A stretch of DNA of 64,000 nucleotides, taken from contig NC_045697.1 of the NCBI RefSeq assembly GCF_009834535.1, positions 60,762,001 through 60,826,000 on the forward strand, in the 5' to 3' direction. Position 1 is the stretch's first letter. Every line of letters starts with the position of its first letter. Below are positions 14,181 through 26,999 of this stretch, in pieces. Source of the DNA: Camelus ferus (lineage: Eukaryota). Both the position numbers and the translations under genes were made by a program. Below the pieces are notes generated by a model. It was not told the DNA's origin and did no database searches. It saw only the letters and a list, made by a program, of their open reading frames with translations.

Positions 14181-16600
14181 CACTGAATCAGGAAGAATTA
14201 GAAAATTCTGAACAAACCAATTACTAGTAAGTAGATTGAATCAGTAATCAAAAATCTCCCAAAAAAGAAAAAAAAAAAAGAACTAGACGGATTCATTGCT
14301 GAATTTTACCAAAAATTTAAAGAAGAATTAACATCAATCCTTCTCAAACTCATTTTAAAAAATCAAAGAGAAGGGAGCACTCCCAAACTCATTTTACAAA
14401 GCCACCATTACTTTGATATCAAAGCCAGGTAAGGACACTATGAGAAAAGAAAGCCACAGGCCAATATTCCTAATTAATATACATGGAGAAATTCTCAATA
14501 AAAGATACTAGCAAACCAAATTCAGCAGCACACTAAAAGGATCATGTACCATGATGAAATAGGATTCATCTTTTGGATGCAAGAATGGTTCAGCATTTAC
14601 AAATCAATAAATGTGGTACATGATTTTAACAGAATGAAAGAAAGATAAAAATCATATGATCATCTAAATAGATGCAGAAAAAGCATCTGACAAAATTCAA
14701 CATCCATTCATGATTTTAAAAACTTTTACAAGTTAGTTATAGAAGAAATTCACTTCAACATAATAGAGGCCATATATGACAAGACCACAGTTAACATCAT
14801 ACTCAATGGTGAGAGGCTGAAAGCTTTTCCATTAAGATCAAGAAAAAGACAAATGTACCCACTCTCACCACTCCTTTTCAACATATCACTGGAAGTTCTA
14901 GTCAGAGCTATCAGGCAAGGAAAAAAAAAAAAAATAACAGAACAAGGCATCAGAACTCCAAAGGAAGAAGCAAAATTGTCTTTATTTGTAGATGGCATGA
15001 TTTTATATATGGAAAACCCTACAGACTCCATGAAAGATCTGTTAGATTTAATCATAATATTCAGTAAAGTTGCTGTACACAAAATAAACATACAAAAACC
15101 ACTTGTGTTTCTATACATTAAGGCCAAATTATCTGAAAAAGAAAGGAAGAAAATGATCCTACTGACAACTGCATCAAAAACAATAAAATATTTAGGGATA
15201 AATTTAACCAAGGAGGTGAAAGATCTCTACCTTGAAAACTACAAGACATTGAGGAAAGAAATTGATGACACAAATGAAAAGGAAAGAACATGAATTCATG
15301 ATTGGAAGAATAAATATTGTTAAAATATCCACAACCACCTATAGATTCAGTATAATCACTATCAAGATCCTAATGGCTTTTTATTTTTTTTTACAGAAGT
15401 AGAAAAAAATCCTAAATTTTATATGGAATCACAAAAGACCCTGAATAGCCAAAGCAATCTTCAGAGAGAAGAACCAAGCAAGAAGTACTACACTTTCTAA
15501 TTTCAAGCTACATTATAAAGCTAAAATAATCAAAACACTATGGTATTGGCATAAAAACAGACACAGAAACCAATGGAACACAATCAAGAGCTCAGAAATA
15601 AACCCATGCTTATACAGTCAAATAATATTTGACAAGGGAGCCAAGAATACCCAATGGAGAAGAGACAGTCTCTAAAATAAATGGTGTGGGGAAAATTGGA
15701 TATTCACATGCAAAAGAATAAAACTATACCTTTATCTTACACCACTCACAAAATTTAACTCAAATGGATTAAAGACTTAAATAAAGACCTGAAACCATAA
15801 AATTCCCTAGAAGAAAATACAGGTGAAAAGACCCTTGACATAGGACCTTGGCAATTTACTTTTTGTACATAATCATAAAGCACAAGAAACAAAATTTTAT
15901 TAAAAAATTTAAAAGTGGGACTACATCAAACTAAAAACTTCTACACAGCAAAAGAAACAATCAACAAAATGAAAAGGTAACCTATGAAACAGCAGAATAT
16001 TTGCAAACCATATGTGGTAAGAGGTTAATATCCAAAATATATAAAGAACTCATACAGCTCAATAGCAACAACCACAACAACAAAAGGCCAATTTAAAATT
16101 GGGTAAAGGACTTGAATAGACGTTTTTCCAATGAAGATAATTCAAATGGCTAACATGTACATGAAAAGGTGTTCAGCATCACTAATCATCGGGAAAATGT
16201 CAATCAAAACCACAATGAGGTATTCACCTCACACCTGTTAGAATGGCTACTCTTAAAAAAAAACAAACAAAACAGACGATAATAAGTATTAGAGAGGATG
16301 TGGAGAAAAGGGAACTTTGTGCATTGTTGGTAGGAATGTAAATTGTTGCAGCCACTATGGAAAACATATGGAGGTTCCTCAAAAATTTAGAACCACTATA
16401 TGAGCAAGCAATTGCACTTCTCAGTATATAGTTGAAGGAACTGAAATCACTATGTCAAAGAGGCATCTCCACCCTCATGTTCCTTGCAGCAGCCAAGCCA
16501 GGGAAATCACCTGTGTCCATGGACAGGTGAATGGGAAAGAATATGTGGTATATGTATGCATACAATGTTATATTACTCAATTATTTGTGGGAACATGGCT
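14181..16600 (+). mobile_element. 5'-truncated LINE-1 ORF2 (RT and C-terminal region), inactive
   Basis: ORF 14853..15293 gives PLSPLLFNISLEVL...LFVDGMILY...IKYLGINLTKEVKDLY, the L1 RT; catalytic FADD is mutated to FVDG (14985-14996); frameshifts elsewhere. Confidence 0.95.
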
Positions 16601-16624
16601 ACATAAGTCAGGGTAAAAGAAATA

Positions 16625-16939
16625 TAGGCATATCTCGTTTTACTGCACTTAGCATACATTATATATATTACAAATTAAAGGTCTGGGACAATCTTGCATC
16701 AAGCGTCTGTCAGCAATAATGTTCAGAAATTTTTGGCAATAAAGTATTTTTAATTAAGGTATGTACATTGCTTTTTTAGATGTAACACTATGGCACACTT
16801 AATAGGCTCTAATACAGTGTAAACAAAACTTTCATATGCTCTGGGAAACCAAACAATTCATGAGACTGGCTTTATTGCGATACTTGCTTGTCTTCTGGTG
16901 GTTTAAAACCCAACCTGCAGTATCTCCGAGATACGCCTT
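16625..16939 (+). mobile_element. Internally deleted Tigger1 (Tigger1a-like MITE)
   Basis: Left end taggcatatctcgttttactgc and right end ...gtatctccgagatacgcctt match the Tigger1 TIRs; TA on both flanks; internal 'gcaataaagtatttttaattaaggtatgtacattg'. Confidence 0.9.
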
Positions 16940-17029
16940 TACTGTATGGATCATCACACCTACATGTGGGATTTTAACAACAAAACAAACAACTCACTGT
17001 GCTTGCATAGGTTCAGGAACTTGAAGGAT

Positions 17030-17445
17030 CCAGCCGGCTACCCAAGTTCCGCTGGGAGGGAGAGGAAACGGAGAGCGACGAGAGCGGTCTGCGCAGGCGC
17101 ACAGCTCTGCAGGCCGTGGCGCCCGCTGCGCCGCGTGTTCTGCGAGCCCTTTGCGCAAGGGATCCTGGGAGTGGCAGGGTTGGCTTGGACCCACCCAGAC
17201 CACATAGAAGATGCCCAGAGGTCAGATATTGAATCTATGCGACCTGGGTAGTCCGTGGCCCTCGGTGGCTTCCTGAAGGCCGGGACCTAGGCCTGGAGAT
17301 TAGTGGCAGTTCACTTCGGGGAGGCTGTGGGGCAGGACAGGGTGGGAGGTAGTCCTTTTGCTAAACTCCGCAAACTCCAGCCTCGGGAGAGTGGGGAGAC
17401 AATTGTTTAATAAGCATTACCGCGGAGCAGCTACGAATACCAGTA
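17030..17445. promoter_or_regulatory. Small CpG-island-like promoter, possibly bidirectional
   Basis: About 26 CpGs in ~410 bp (hand count) in a CpG-poor window; NRF1 motif TGCGCAGGCGCA 17090-17101; TTGCGCAA palindrome 17151-17158; outward donors at 16992-16997 (minus) and 17443-17448 (plus). Confidence 0.65.
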
Positions 17446-17629
17446 AGTTACTAGCCCACCTTGGAGGTTTGTGTCTTAAATGGGAAGGAAGGCAGGTTTG
17501 CTTTTTTTTCCCTAACTCCACTGATAATGGGAACTTGAGCTTCACATTATATCCAGTATATGCAAAATAAAGGAGCTACATTTTCAGGGAGGCGTGATTG
17601 GAGTGTATACCTTTTCAATATATTATATT

Positions 17630-18590
17630 AATGGACCAAAAGACTCGTAGTGTTAAGATTGTAATTGTCCACAAATTGATACAGATTTAACTAAATCCCA
17701 ATTAAAATCCTATTATGCTTTCATAGAAATTATCAAATATATTCTAAGATGTATCTGCAACTGTAAGGCAAGCAGAATAGCCTAAACAATTAAAGTAAAA
17801 AAGACATAGTTAAAGGACTTACTCTTCCTGATTCAAGGCTTACTGTACAAGTATAGTCACAAAAAGTGTAATATTGAAAATGGATAGACATATAGAAGAG
17901 TTAAGACAAAATAGAGTTGAGAAATTAACATGCCCATATTAAGTTAAACGATTTTTGCCAAAGATGCCAAAGTAGTTCAACTGAAAAGTGAAAGTTTTTT
18001 CAGTAAATGATACTGGGGCATTTAGAGAAGAAAAAGAAAAAAAAAAAAAGAAATGCTTAAAACTGAAACTTAAAATGAATCATGGAGCTACATGTAAGTG
18101 GTAATCTTTAAAGATAACAGAATAATGCTTAGGAAAAAACAAAAGTTTTGACTTTGAGTTAAGAAAGATTAAAATGAGGTACAAGAAGAATGAACTTTAA
18201 AACAAAGATAAACTAAATTTTATCAATATCAAAAAGAGTTGATTTTCGAAAAAGTTTAAGGAATTGAAAAGCCAAGCACAACTGTGAAACTATATTCACA
18301 AATATAAATGGGTAAAAAATGATATCGAGAACATATAAAAAACACTTAAATTCAATAAAAAGGAGATCCACCCACCTGTACAAAAAAAGACTTGAAAACT
18401 TTAACAAAGGAGATATATGTGATAAATAAGTATATATAATTAAGTGATCAAAATGTTTAATAATTAGAGAAATTCCAATTGAAAAGGCAGTGAGATAGCA
18501 AAACACACCTGAAAATAGTTAAAATTAAAATACTGATAATACTAAGTGTAATAGAGGTTGCAGAGCAATTGGAATTCTCATAAACTGAAA
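17630..18590 (+). mobile_element. Old L1 ORF2 3' part
   Basis: L1 motifs: gatacagatttaactaaatcccaattaaaatcc..., aaaggacttactcttcctgattcaaggcttac...; explains antisense ORF 18213..18506. Confidence 0.8.
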
Positions 18591-19169
18591 AAAATTTAGA
18601 AAAGTTTTATACAATTGTATAATTGTTGGGATTGACCATCTTCCTGATGTATGAGAATATATATCTGCAATATTTTAACAGTATCTCAAAGATATTCAAA
18701 GATGACTACATTTATCAATGGAAAATTGCATAGTACAGAAACAATTATATTGTACAAAACAATTCATTTCACAAAATAATAAATCACTGCTGATAAATAA
18801 GGTCATTTATATATGTTAATTGGATGTTTCAACTACTATTTGAGAGAAACAGTGCCAAGTTATTTCCTCACACATTACAGCATATTATCAAGTATATTAA
18901 AGAGTAAAATAATAACAGAAAGGAGGAGGAAGATGAGGAGCACAAACAATAAAATCTAAATGAAAATACAGGTAAATATTCAACCTTAAAATATAGAAAG
19001 ACTTCTAATCATGCAATAGATAAACTCCAAAGAGAAAAAAATAAAAAGTATTCGACAACATATAATATATATTTGAGATCAGCTTCCCAAAATATTTTTA
19101 AAAGTAAAGCAAAAACTGGAGGAAAAAATATTTTGTCATGTGTGCCTAACTACTCCTTTAATACAAAGT

Positions 19170-20800
19170 ACATACACAGAAAGATGACTGTAAAATCCCC
19201 AAAAATGTGGAGACTGAACAACATACTTCTGCATACTTCTGGCAATTCCTAACTTGAAGACTAATTGTACGCTGCAGTAATCAAGACATCGAGGTATTAC
19301 ACAACAACAGACAAACAGATCAACGGATCATTATAAAAAGCCTAGAAATAGACTCACATAAATATAGTCAACTGATACTGAACAAAGGAGCAGAGACTAT
19401 GTAATGGGTCAAAGATAGTCTTTTCCACAAAAGGTTTGAAACAAGTGGGCATCCACATTGCCAAAAAAAAAAAAAAAGAATATAGAACCAGACTTTAAAA
19501 ACTCACAAATATTACCACAAAGTGGATCACAGACCTAACTGTAAAATGCAAAACCATAGAACTCAGCACATAACATAGGAGAAAACCCACATGACCTTGG
19601 GTAGAGCAGTGCCTCTTTAGATACAACATCAAAGGCATGATAAACTGAACTTCATTAAAATCAAAAACTTCTGCTCTGTTAAAGACAATGTCAAGAGAAT
19701 AAAAGACGAGCCATAGACTGGAAGTAAGTATTTGGAAAGGAAACAGTTGATTAATAAAGATTTATACAAAATATCCAAAATATACAAAGAATTCTTAAAA
19801 CTTAACTGTAATAAAATGTGCAATCCAATTCAAAAATAGATGAACTCCCTGAACAGACACATCATAGAAGATACACAGAGGGCAAGCAAGCATAAAACAT
19901 TCAATATCATATATCATTAGGGAATTACAGATTAAAACAGGATACCACTACACACCCATTAGAATGGCCAAGTGCAAAAGTGCTGACAACACAAAATGCT
20001 GGTGAGGTTGTGGACCAACAGGAACTGCCATTCACTGCTGGTAGAAATTAAAAATAAAACAACCACTTTGCAAGACAGTTTGGCAGTTTTTACAAAATTA
20101 AACAAACTTAACCATTTGATCCAACAATGACACTCCAATTGAACTGAAAACTTATGTCTACACAATAACCTGCACACAGATATTTTTTGAAGTTTTATAA
20201 CTTTCACATTTCAAATGCAGAAGCAACAAAGATGTTCTTCAGTAGATGAATGAATAAATAAATTGTGGTATATCCAGACAATGGACTATTATCCATTACT
20301 AAAAAAAATGACCTATCAAGCCATAAAAAGACATGGAGGAACTTTAAGTGCATATTGCTAAGTGAAAGAAGCCCATCTGAAGAGTCTACATTGTATAATT
20401 CCAACTATATGACATTCTGGAAAGGGCAACACTATGGGGACAGTAAAAAGATTAGCAGCTGCTAGGGTTTAGGAGGAAGGAGGGATGAATAAGCAGAGCA
20501 CAAAGGATTTTTTTCTGAAATTATTTTGTATGATACTTTAATGGTGAGTGCATGTCATGATTCATTTGGCAAAACCCATAGAATGTTCAACACCAAGTGT
20601 GAACCCTAATGTATACATTGGACTTTGGGTGATTATGTGTCAATATAAATTCTTTGATTGTAACGAATGTACCACTTTGATGTGGTAGGTAATAATGGGA
20701 GAGACAGAGAGTGTGTTGGGGCAGAGGGTATATGCAGACTCTATATTTTCCACTAATTTGTGCTGTGAACCTAAAGCTGCTCTGTAAAACAAAATTTGTT
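19170..20800 (+). mobile_element. L1MC1-like element, ORF2 3' part plus 3' UTR
   Basis: 3' UTR 'gaatgttcaacaccaagtgtgaaccctaatgta...gtgaacctaaagctgctct' typical of L1MC; ORF 20265..20465 is the L1 C-terminus/UTR. Confidence 0.85.
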
Positions 20801-21824
20801 AGTTAAATATATATTTATATATACACATATTTATATGTAGGATTATATCTTGATGAGTCTGGAAGAAACTGATTTTTAATAAGAACCGAAAAAGTGATGA
20901 TTATCAAGGTATAAAATCAATAATGGGACTAGAGTCAAGAAGTTTTTTTTTTTTTTAAAGACAGCACTACAGGAGATAAAATTTAAGTCACAGAATGGGA
21001 GAAGACATTTTAATACAGTTATTCAAAAAGGATTTGTGTCTAAACTACACAAAGTAATTTATAAACTACATAAAGTAATTTATAAATCATTAAGAGGGGT
21101 TAAAAGGTAGAAAAACAACAACAACAACAATGAGGAAACCAAGCAGAAAATGGTTCAATGGCTTGAATAGACAACTCACAAAAAATAATAGTCAATAGCC
21201 AATGCATACATGAAAAGGTCCTCAACATCACTACCCTTCAGGGTAATGTAAATTAAACTATAATATGATACATCTACACATACATTAGCATGACTAACAT
21301 AAAAATGTATAATTCCTAGGTAATTTGTAAGTCAGAGGAACAACCAGAGCACTCACACACTTCTGGTAACAGCATAAATTTGAATCAACTTTTGAAAAAC
21401 TGCTTTGAATTATCCACTATGAACTAGTAATTCCTATCCTGGGCATATATGCAAAAGAAATGCTTAAATATATTCACTAAACTACATGTGCCATTATACT
21501 TCATAATAGCCAAAAATTGGAAATTTCCAAAATGCTATTCAAGAACAAAATGCATAAGTAAACTGTGGAATCATCATATAATCAACAAAAGCAATGAAAA
21601 TAAACAAATTATTGATGTATACAGTAACATTTATGAATATCATACATTAATAAAAAAGCATAAAAGAATCTGATTACTTTTATCTAAAATTAAAAATAAG
21701 GAAAATCTATTTGATAGTAGAAGTAAAAATAGTGGTTACCTTTGGGGAGGCTAGTGGCTGGGAGAGGGATCAGGGGCACTTCTGCAATGCCAGTAATATA
21801 ATATTCTGTGTTCGTGTCTCTGTG

Positions 21825-22947
21825 TGTTGCTGGTGATTAGGTTCTTGTCACAGAAAGAATTCAGAGATGAGACACAGAGGTGAACAAAGTAAAGTCGGGG
21901 ATTTATTAAGGGATAGATAGTACACTCTTAAGGGGAGAGCGGGCAGGCTCAGGTGAGTAGCTCTGCTGAGTTTCTTTGGCAAGATAGTTAAACAGGGTTT
22001 AAAAATGAATGGCTGAATACTACTCAGCCATAAAAAAGAATAAAATAATGCCATTTGCAGCAACATGGATGGGCCTGGAGATCTCATTCTAAGTGAAGTA
22101 AGCCAGAAAGAGAAAGAAAAATACCATATATCACTCATATGTGGAATCTAAAAAAAGAAAAAAAGAGGACACTAATGAACTCATCTATAAAACAGAAACA
22201 GACTCACAGACGTAGTAAACAATCTTAATGGTTATTGGGGGAAAGGGAGTGGGAAGGAATAAACTTGGGAATCTGAGATTTGCAAATGTTAACCACTATA
22301 TATAAAAATAGGTTAAAAATCAAATTTCTTCTGTACAGCACAGGGAACTATATTCAATATCTTGTATTAACTGTTAATGAAAATAATAAGAAAATGAATA
22401 TATGTATATATATAGGCATGACTGGGACATTATGCTGTACACCAGAAACTGACACATTGCAACTGACTATACTTCAATTAAAAAAAAAAAATGAATGGTC
22501 AGAATAGTCACTGGGGAGGGAAGGGTTTGGGGTCATATTCCCTGATTTTCATTCCAACTGTGCCTTCCCGAAGGGAGGAGGGGTTTTTGTCCTTATTGAG
22601 TCTGAATCAGAAGTGTAATGGTGTCAGTGCATGATGGGTACTTCTAATCTGCAAGGCTAATTTTATTACAATGAGGGCATAGTGAGCAAAAGAAAACATT
22701 TGGACACTGGAGATTCCTACCTTTTCCCACCTTTCTTTTTCAGCCTTTAGGCCAACTTGTCACCCCAAAAAGTGTGATTTCTTATCAGTCCTGAGGTTCC
22801 TGCTTTTCTCTGTCTGCCTAAGGACCCCTGTTGTTTTAATGATGTATGGTTTCCTGCATTTGGCCAGTGCCTCTCCTTTTCTGCTCAGTTCCTGTCATTT
22901 GGCCTGGGTCCCCCTGTCTCCCATTCAGCTGTCTTCCTGCTCTAACA
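21825..22947 (-). mobile_element. Solo ERV1-class LTR interrupted by a young L1
   Basis: TGTT...AACA termini, 4-bp TSD TGTG (21821-21824 / 22948-22951), minus-strand AATAAA (tttatt ~21902). Confidence 0.75.
22013..22491 (+). mobile_element. Young lineage-specific (camelid-type) L1 3' end
   Basis: L1 ORF2 end/3' UTR with poly(A); 12-bp TSD AAAAATGAATGG (22001-22012 / 22487-22498) at a TTT|AAAAA endonuclease site. Confidence 0.93.
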
Positions 22948-24359
22948 TGTGTGTGTCTATATGTATATTTTAATCTCAGAAATTTCACAGGTGTATTCAT
23001 GTCTGAAATGCATCAAGCTGTGATTTTATGATTTGTGTACTTATCTATATTCATGTTTTATAACAAAAATGATATCTTAACAACAAAACCCTGACTTATT
23101 GTAATACTAACAAACTATACAATAAGAGATTACAACAAAAATTTAAAATTCTTTGGAAAGCAAATAAACAATTAGAGTGTGTTCTGTGTAGGCTATAAGA
23201 CATACATTTTAAAAATCAAATCAATCAATTTTTCACCTTAAATTTCATATCACAGAGATTTGAACACTTGTTTGGCACCTCTGAACTACATTTGATATTA
23301 ACCAATTTAGGGAATAATAAAGCATATAGAGGAAATAGAATTATTTTAGTAAGTATAAACTACTACTTTATAAAAATTAGTTTATGATTATGTTGCCCCA
23401 AATAAGCATGGAATATATAGGCAATCATAAACTCAGATATGATTGAAGGGTTTTTGTAAAAACTGAGGTTCTAAATCATGGTAAGCTCAACTTTTCCTGA
23501 ATGTTAGAAGAACCAAATATTTAAAACTCCCCCAATTAGACTATATCTACATTGAATCACCTTTAGATAGCAACACTTAGCATTTGATAATTCAAGGAAG
23601 TTGTTTTTTACCATTTCCACTTACATAATACTTAAGTATTATATAACTAAACTGCAATACTAGTATTTCATACAATATGAATACATTTAGTCTGTTAGGT
23701 CTTGGGAAGTAAGGGTAACAGTACTTTGACTGACTTTACTAACTGGACAGCATTTTGTATTCTTAAGTATAGGGCAAACATAAATAATGCTTTTACTGGA
23801 TTCTAAAACCAGATCTCCAATTTTCATTCTCTACCAGGCTTCAAAAGCATCCATTCAAATACTCAGTGCTTTTTTTGTGAGTTAAATATTTTCCTAATAT
23901 TCAAGAAATGAGCTTAAGTAGCATAAACTTAAATGCATAAATTAATTTGTGATTTATGGGAAGAACAAAATAGCAAATGTTTTCTAAATTAGACCACCAG
24001 TCTCCAATGTAAACATATTAAAATGCTGAAATAAAATCCATTTTATTCAGGGTAATGAAAAGGACATTGTCACTATATTTTGTGTACAATTTGTTATATC
24101 CTAAAAAATAATTTCTAAGGATGCCATCTGAAAGACAGTAAATTTTGCTTCTAATTTTTTTTATTGCAATTAAGCATGTCCAGAAATACCAATTTTACTC
24201 AAAATAGATTAGAAATTATTGTAGCAAGATACAAGTATATATTTAGCAAAAGTTATCTCTGTTATTTGTTTGTTTGTTTATGAATGGGTGTTACTATCTA
24301 TCACAAACACAGTGGTTAATCTCTTTTGTATTAAAACTTCCTGAACAAAGGATAAGGAA

Positions 24360-24560
24360 CCAAGCATTTATGAAGTGTTTTGTATTTACCAGGCACTGGG
24401 AATTACTTCACACAATTATGTTGTTTATTCTAGATAGCAATCTTGCAATGAGAAACTGATGTTCAGAATAAAAAAATACAATCTGAATATCAAGCAGCTA
24501 GGAATTGATAAAGTTAAGGTGTTTAACCACTGTCTCTCTGACTATAAATTTCACATTTTC
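24360..24560 (-). mobile_element. MIR fragment
   Basis: 'gcatttatgaagtgttttgtatttaccaggcactg...gagaaactgatgttcaga' resembles the MIR core. Confidence 0.55.
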
Positions 24561-24619
24561 CCCCAATATGTATGCCAATTTCCCACATTACACCTTCAGT
24601 ATGCTAAAATGCATTCATT

Positions 24620-26170
24620 TTAAAGTATTGGCATAAAGTTAGACAGCAGTACATTGGCCTAAGATAGACATTGAGATCAAAGGACCAGAAAGCAGAGTTC
24701 AGAAATAGATTCATGTATATAATTAACTGATATTAAAAAAGTTGTCAATTCATGAAGAAAGAATTGTCTTCACAGCAAATAATGCTGAAAAAAAACTGGA
24801 CATCCATAAGCAATAAAATGATTGCTAACATCATAAAATATATCAAAATTAACCAGAGATCTGAAATAAGACCTAAAATTATAAAACTTCTAAAAGAAAA
24901 AGTAGGAGAAAATCTTCGGGATCGTGGGTTTGGGAGACAATTTCTTAGACAGGAAGTAGAAATTATGAAACATAAAACAGATAAATCAAACTTTGCTAAA
25001 ATGAAAAATAAAGTTTCTTTCTTAAAAGGCAATCAAATATGAAAAAAAAAACACAAATTTGGAGAAAATATTGGCCAAACTTACAGATAATAAATTACTC
25101 TTTCTTGGTATATAAAGAAGTGTCACAACACTAACAGTAGATAAACAACCTAACAAAAAAATGGAAATACATAATTGTATGCACATCTTAACCAAGATAA
25201 ACAAAAAGCCAATAAGCATGTGATGCTTAACATCATTCGTTATTAGGAACATACAAATTAAAACCATGCTGTTACTTCTTCATACCTACTTTTAGTGAAT
25301 ACAAAACCAAACCAAATCAAAACAAAAACGAGACAATATCAAACAAATATCAGCCATGATTTAGAGCTACTAGAACACATACATTTATTATTTTTTAAAA
25401 ATTGAATAAATTTGACATTTAATTTCATGTAAGTTTAAGATGTACAGTGTGTTATTTATACAGTGTAATAAGATTGCTGATGTAGCAATATTTATCACAT
25501 TACATAATTATACCACAATATTATTGTTTATATTCATTATATTGTGCATGAGATCTCTAGTGCTTATTTACTACTTATTTCTTATACATTTCTGATGAGA
25601 CTTCAAAATGGTACAGCTAGTTTGGAAAACAGTGTGGCAATTTGTTAAAACTAGAAATAATTCCATCCAGCAGTCTCAAAGTCCTTTTAATAGAAAGGAA
25701 AACATGATCACACAAAAATCTGAATTTCATTGTTTATAGCAGCTTTATTCATACTAGACAAAAACTGGAATAGCCAAATGTCCACCAACTTGTCAGCAGA
25801 GAATTGCCTTTAATAGAATATAACTTGTCAATAAAAAGGAACAAGCTACTGATACATGTATCAACTTGAAATAATCTCAAATGCTGAACATATAAAATTA
25901 CATACTTTGTGATTCTATTTTATGATTTTTTAAATGATAAAACTATAATGAAAAATAGCAGAACTGTAGTTTTCAGGATCTAAAGATATACAGATAAAAA
26001 TGCCTGTAAATGAGCATGAGGAAACCTCATGGGGTAAAAAAGACATTCTACATCATGAATGTCATGATGTTTATACAACCGTATACATTTATCAAAACTC
26101 ATTTATTATATACTTGAAATTTATAACTTTTGCTATATATAAAATTATGCCTCATTATTCCTGATTAAAA
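24620..26170 (+). mobile_element. Old L1 ORF2 3' part and 3' UTR
   Basis: ORF 24752..25042 (IRPKIIKLLKEKVGENL) is L1 ORF2-like; UTR ending 'gtatacatttatcaaaactcatt...'. Confidence 0.8.
25385..25580 (-). mobile_element. Short L1 3' end inserted antisense into the older L1
   Basis: T-rich start, 'gtaagtttaagatgtacagtgtgtta'; flanked by ATACATTT on both sides (probable TSD). Confidence 0.65.
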
Positions 26171-26734
26171 CAAATAAGGGTAAGGATGATTATTGCTCAT
26201 AGCTAACTAAAAACAATGTCATGAGAGGTTGGTTAAGATAAGTTCAACTTCCTACAGGGACTTGAATTTTTGGGAAGGTCCAAGTCACAGCGACAAGAAA
26301 CAAAACCCAAGAATAGCTTCTCCTTTATGAATCAGTGACTGACATATTAATTATTATATATATATATATATATAGTCTCTACATACAAAGAAAGATAAAT
26401 ACAAACTATTTTGAGTTTAAACAAGAGATTTTTAAAAATTTGTCTAATGTGATGTTTAAATAACTGGTGTTTATAAAATAATGGAGATAGGGAAATTTCT
26501 AGCCTAAGAAACTGTTGCTAAGAAGTTGTTTCAATACAAAAGGAAAACTTCTAAAGTTTAAGAGGATATCACCAAAGCATAAGCCATTTCCTATAATTTT
26601 TAATCATATATCCTACTCTATTGTGAGTAATGACTGCATATTTTCAATTACACTTCCGGTAGGGCTTTCTGTGACAATGCAATTAGAATATGGATATTCT
26701 ACAAGATACTTGTAAAAATATTGTCGTGGCATAG

Positions 26735-26875
26735 GAAAGTGAAGAAAATGTCAAGAAAAAGGAGGCAGATGAGAAGAGGAGAGAGACAGAGAAGAAATAT
26801 AGAAATAAAAAAAAAAAAGAACAAGAAAAAGAGGAAAGAGGAAGGCAAGAGGAAGATGAGAATGAAGAGAAATAC
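26735..26875. repeat. Purine-rich (GA/A) low-complexity tract
   Basis: Direct reading. Confidence 0.8.
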
Positions 26876-26999
26876 TAAATCATAAGTGAATGGAGTGGGT
26901 AATAAACAAATAATACATTTTGCGACCATAACTGGTTACAAATGCTGAAACGCTAACTCCAGCTGCAGAGTGTTGAGTGGCCTTCCACTGGCTGTCCAT

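Larger units (their letters stand above)
20840..23075 (+). mobile_element. Old L1 (L1MD/ME-like) 3' end, split by the LTR at 21825-22947
   Basis: ORF2 C-terminal motifs 20950-21600; the 3' UTR stops at ~21820 and resumes at ~22950 (gtgtattcatgtctgaaatgcatcaagctg). Confidence 0.75.

Noticed and set aside
14750..15293. Longest ORFs (153 aa minus, 146 aa plus) as genes or an active reverse transcriptase
   Set aside because: L1 ORF2 fragment and its antisense shadow; catalytic motif mutated (FVDG), frameshifted, no 5' UTR or ORF1.
16946..17251. 101-aa plus ORF and 69-aa minus ORF over the CpG element
   Set aside because: GC-rich sequence is naturally stop-poor; no recognisable domain; the plus ORF starts upstream of the likely TSS.
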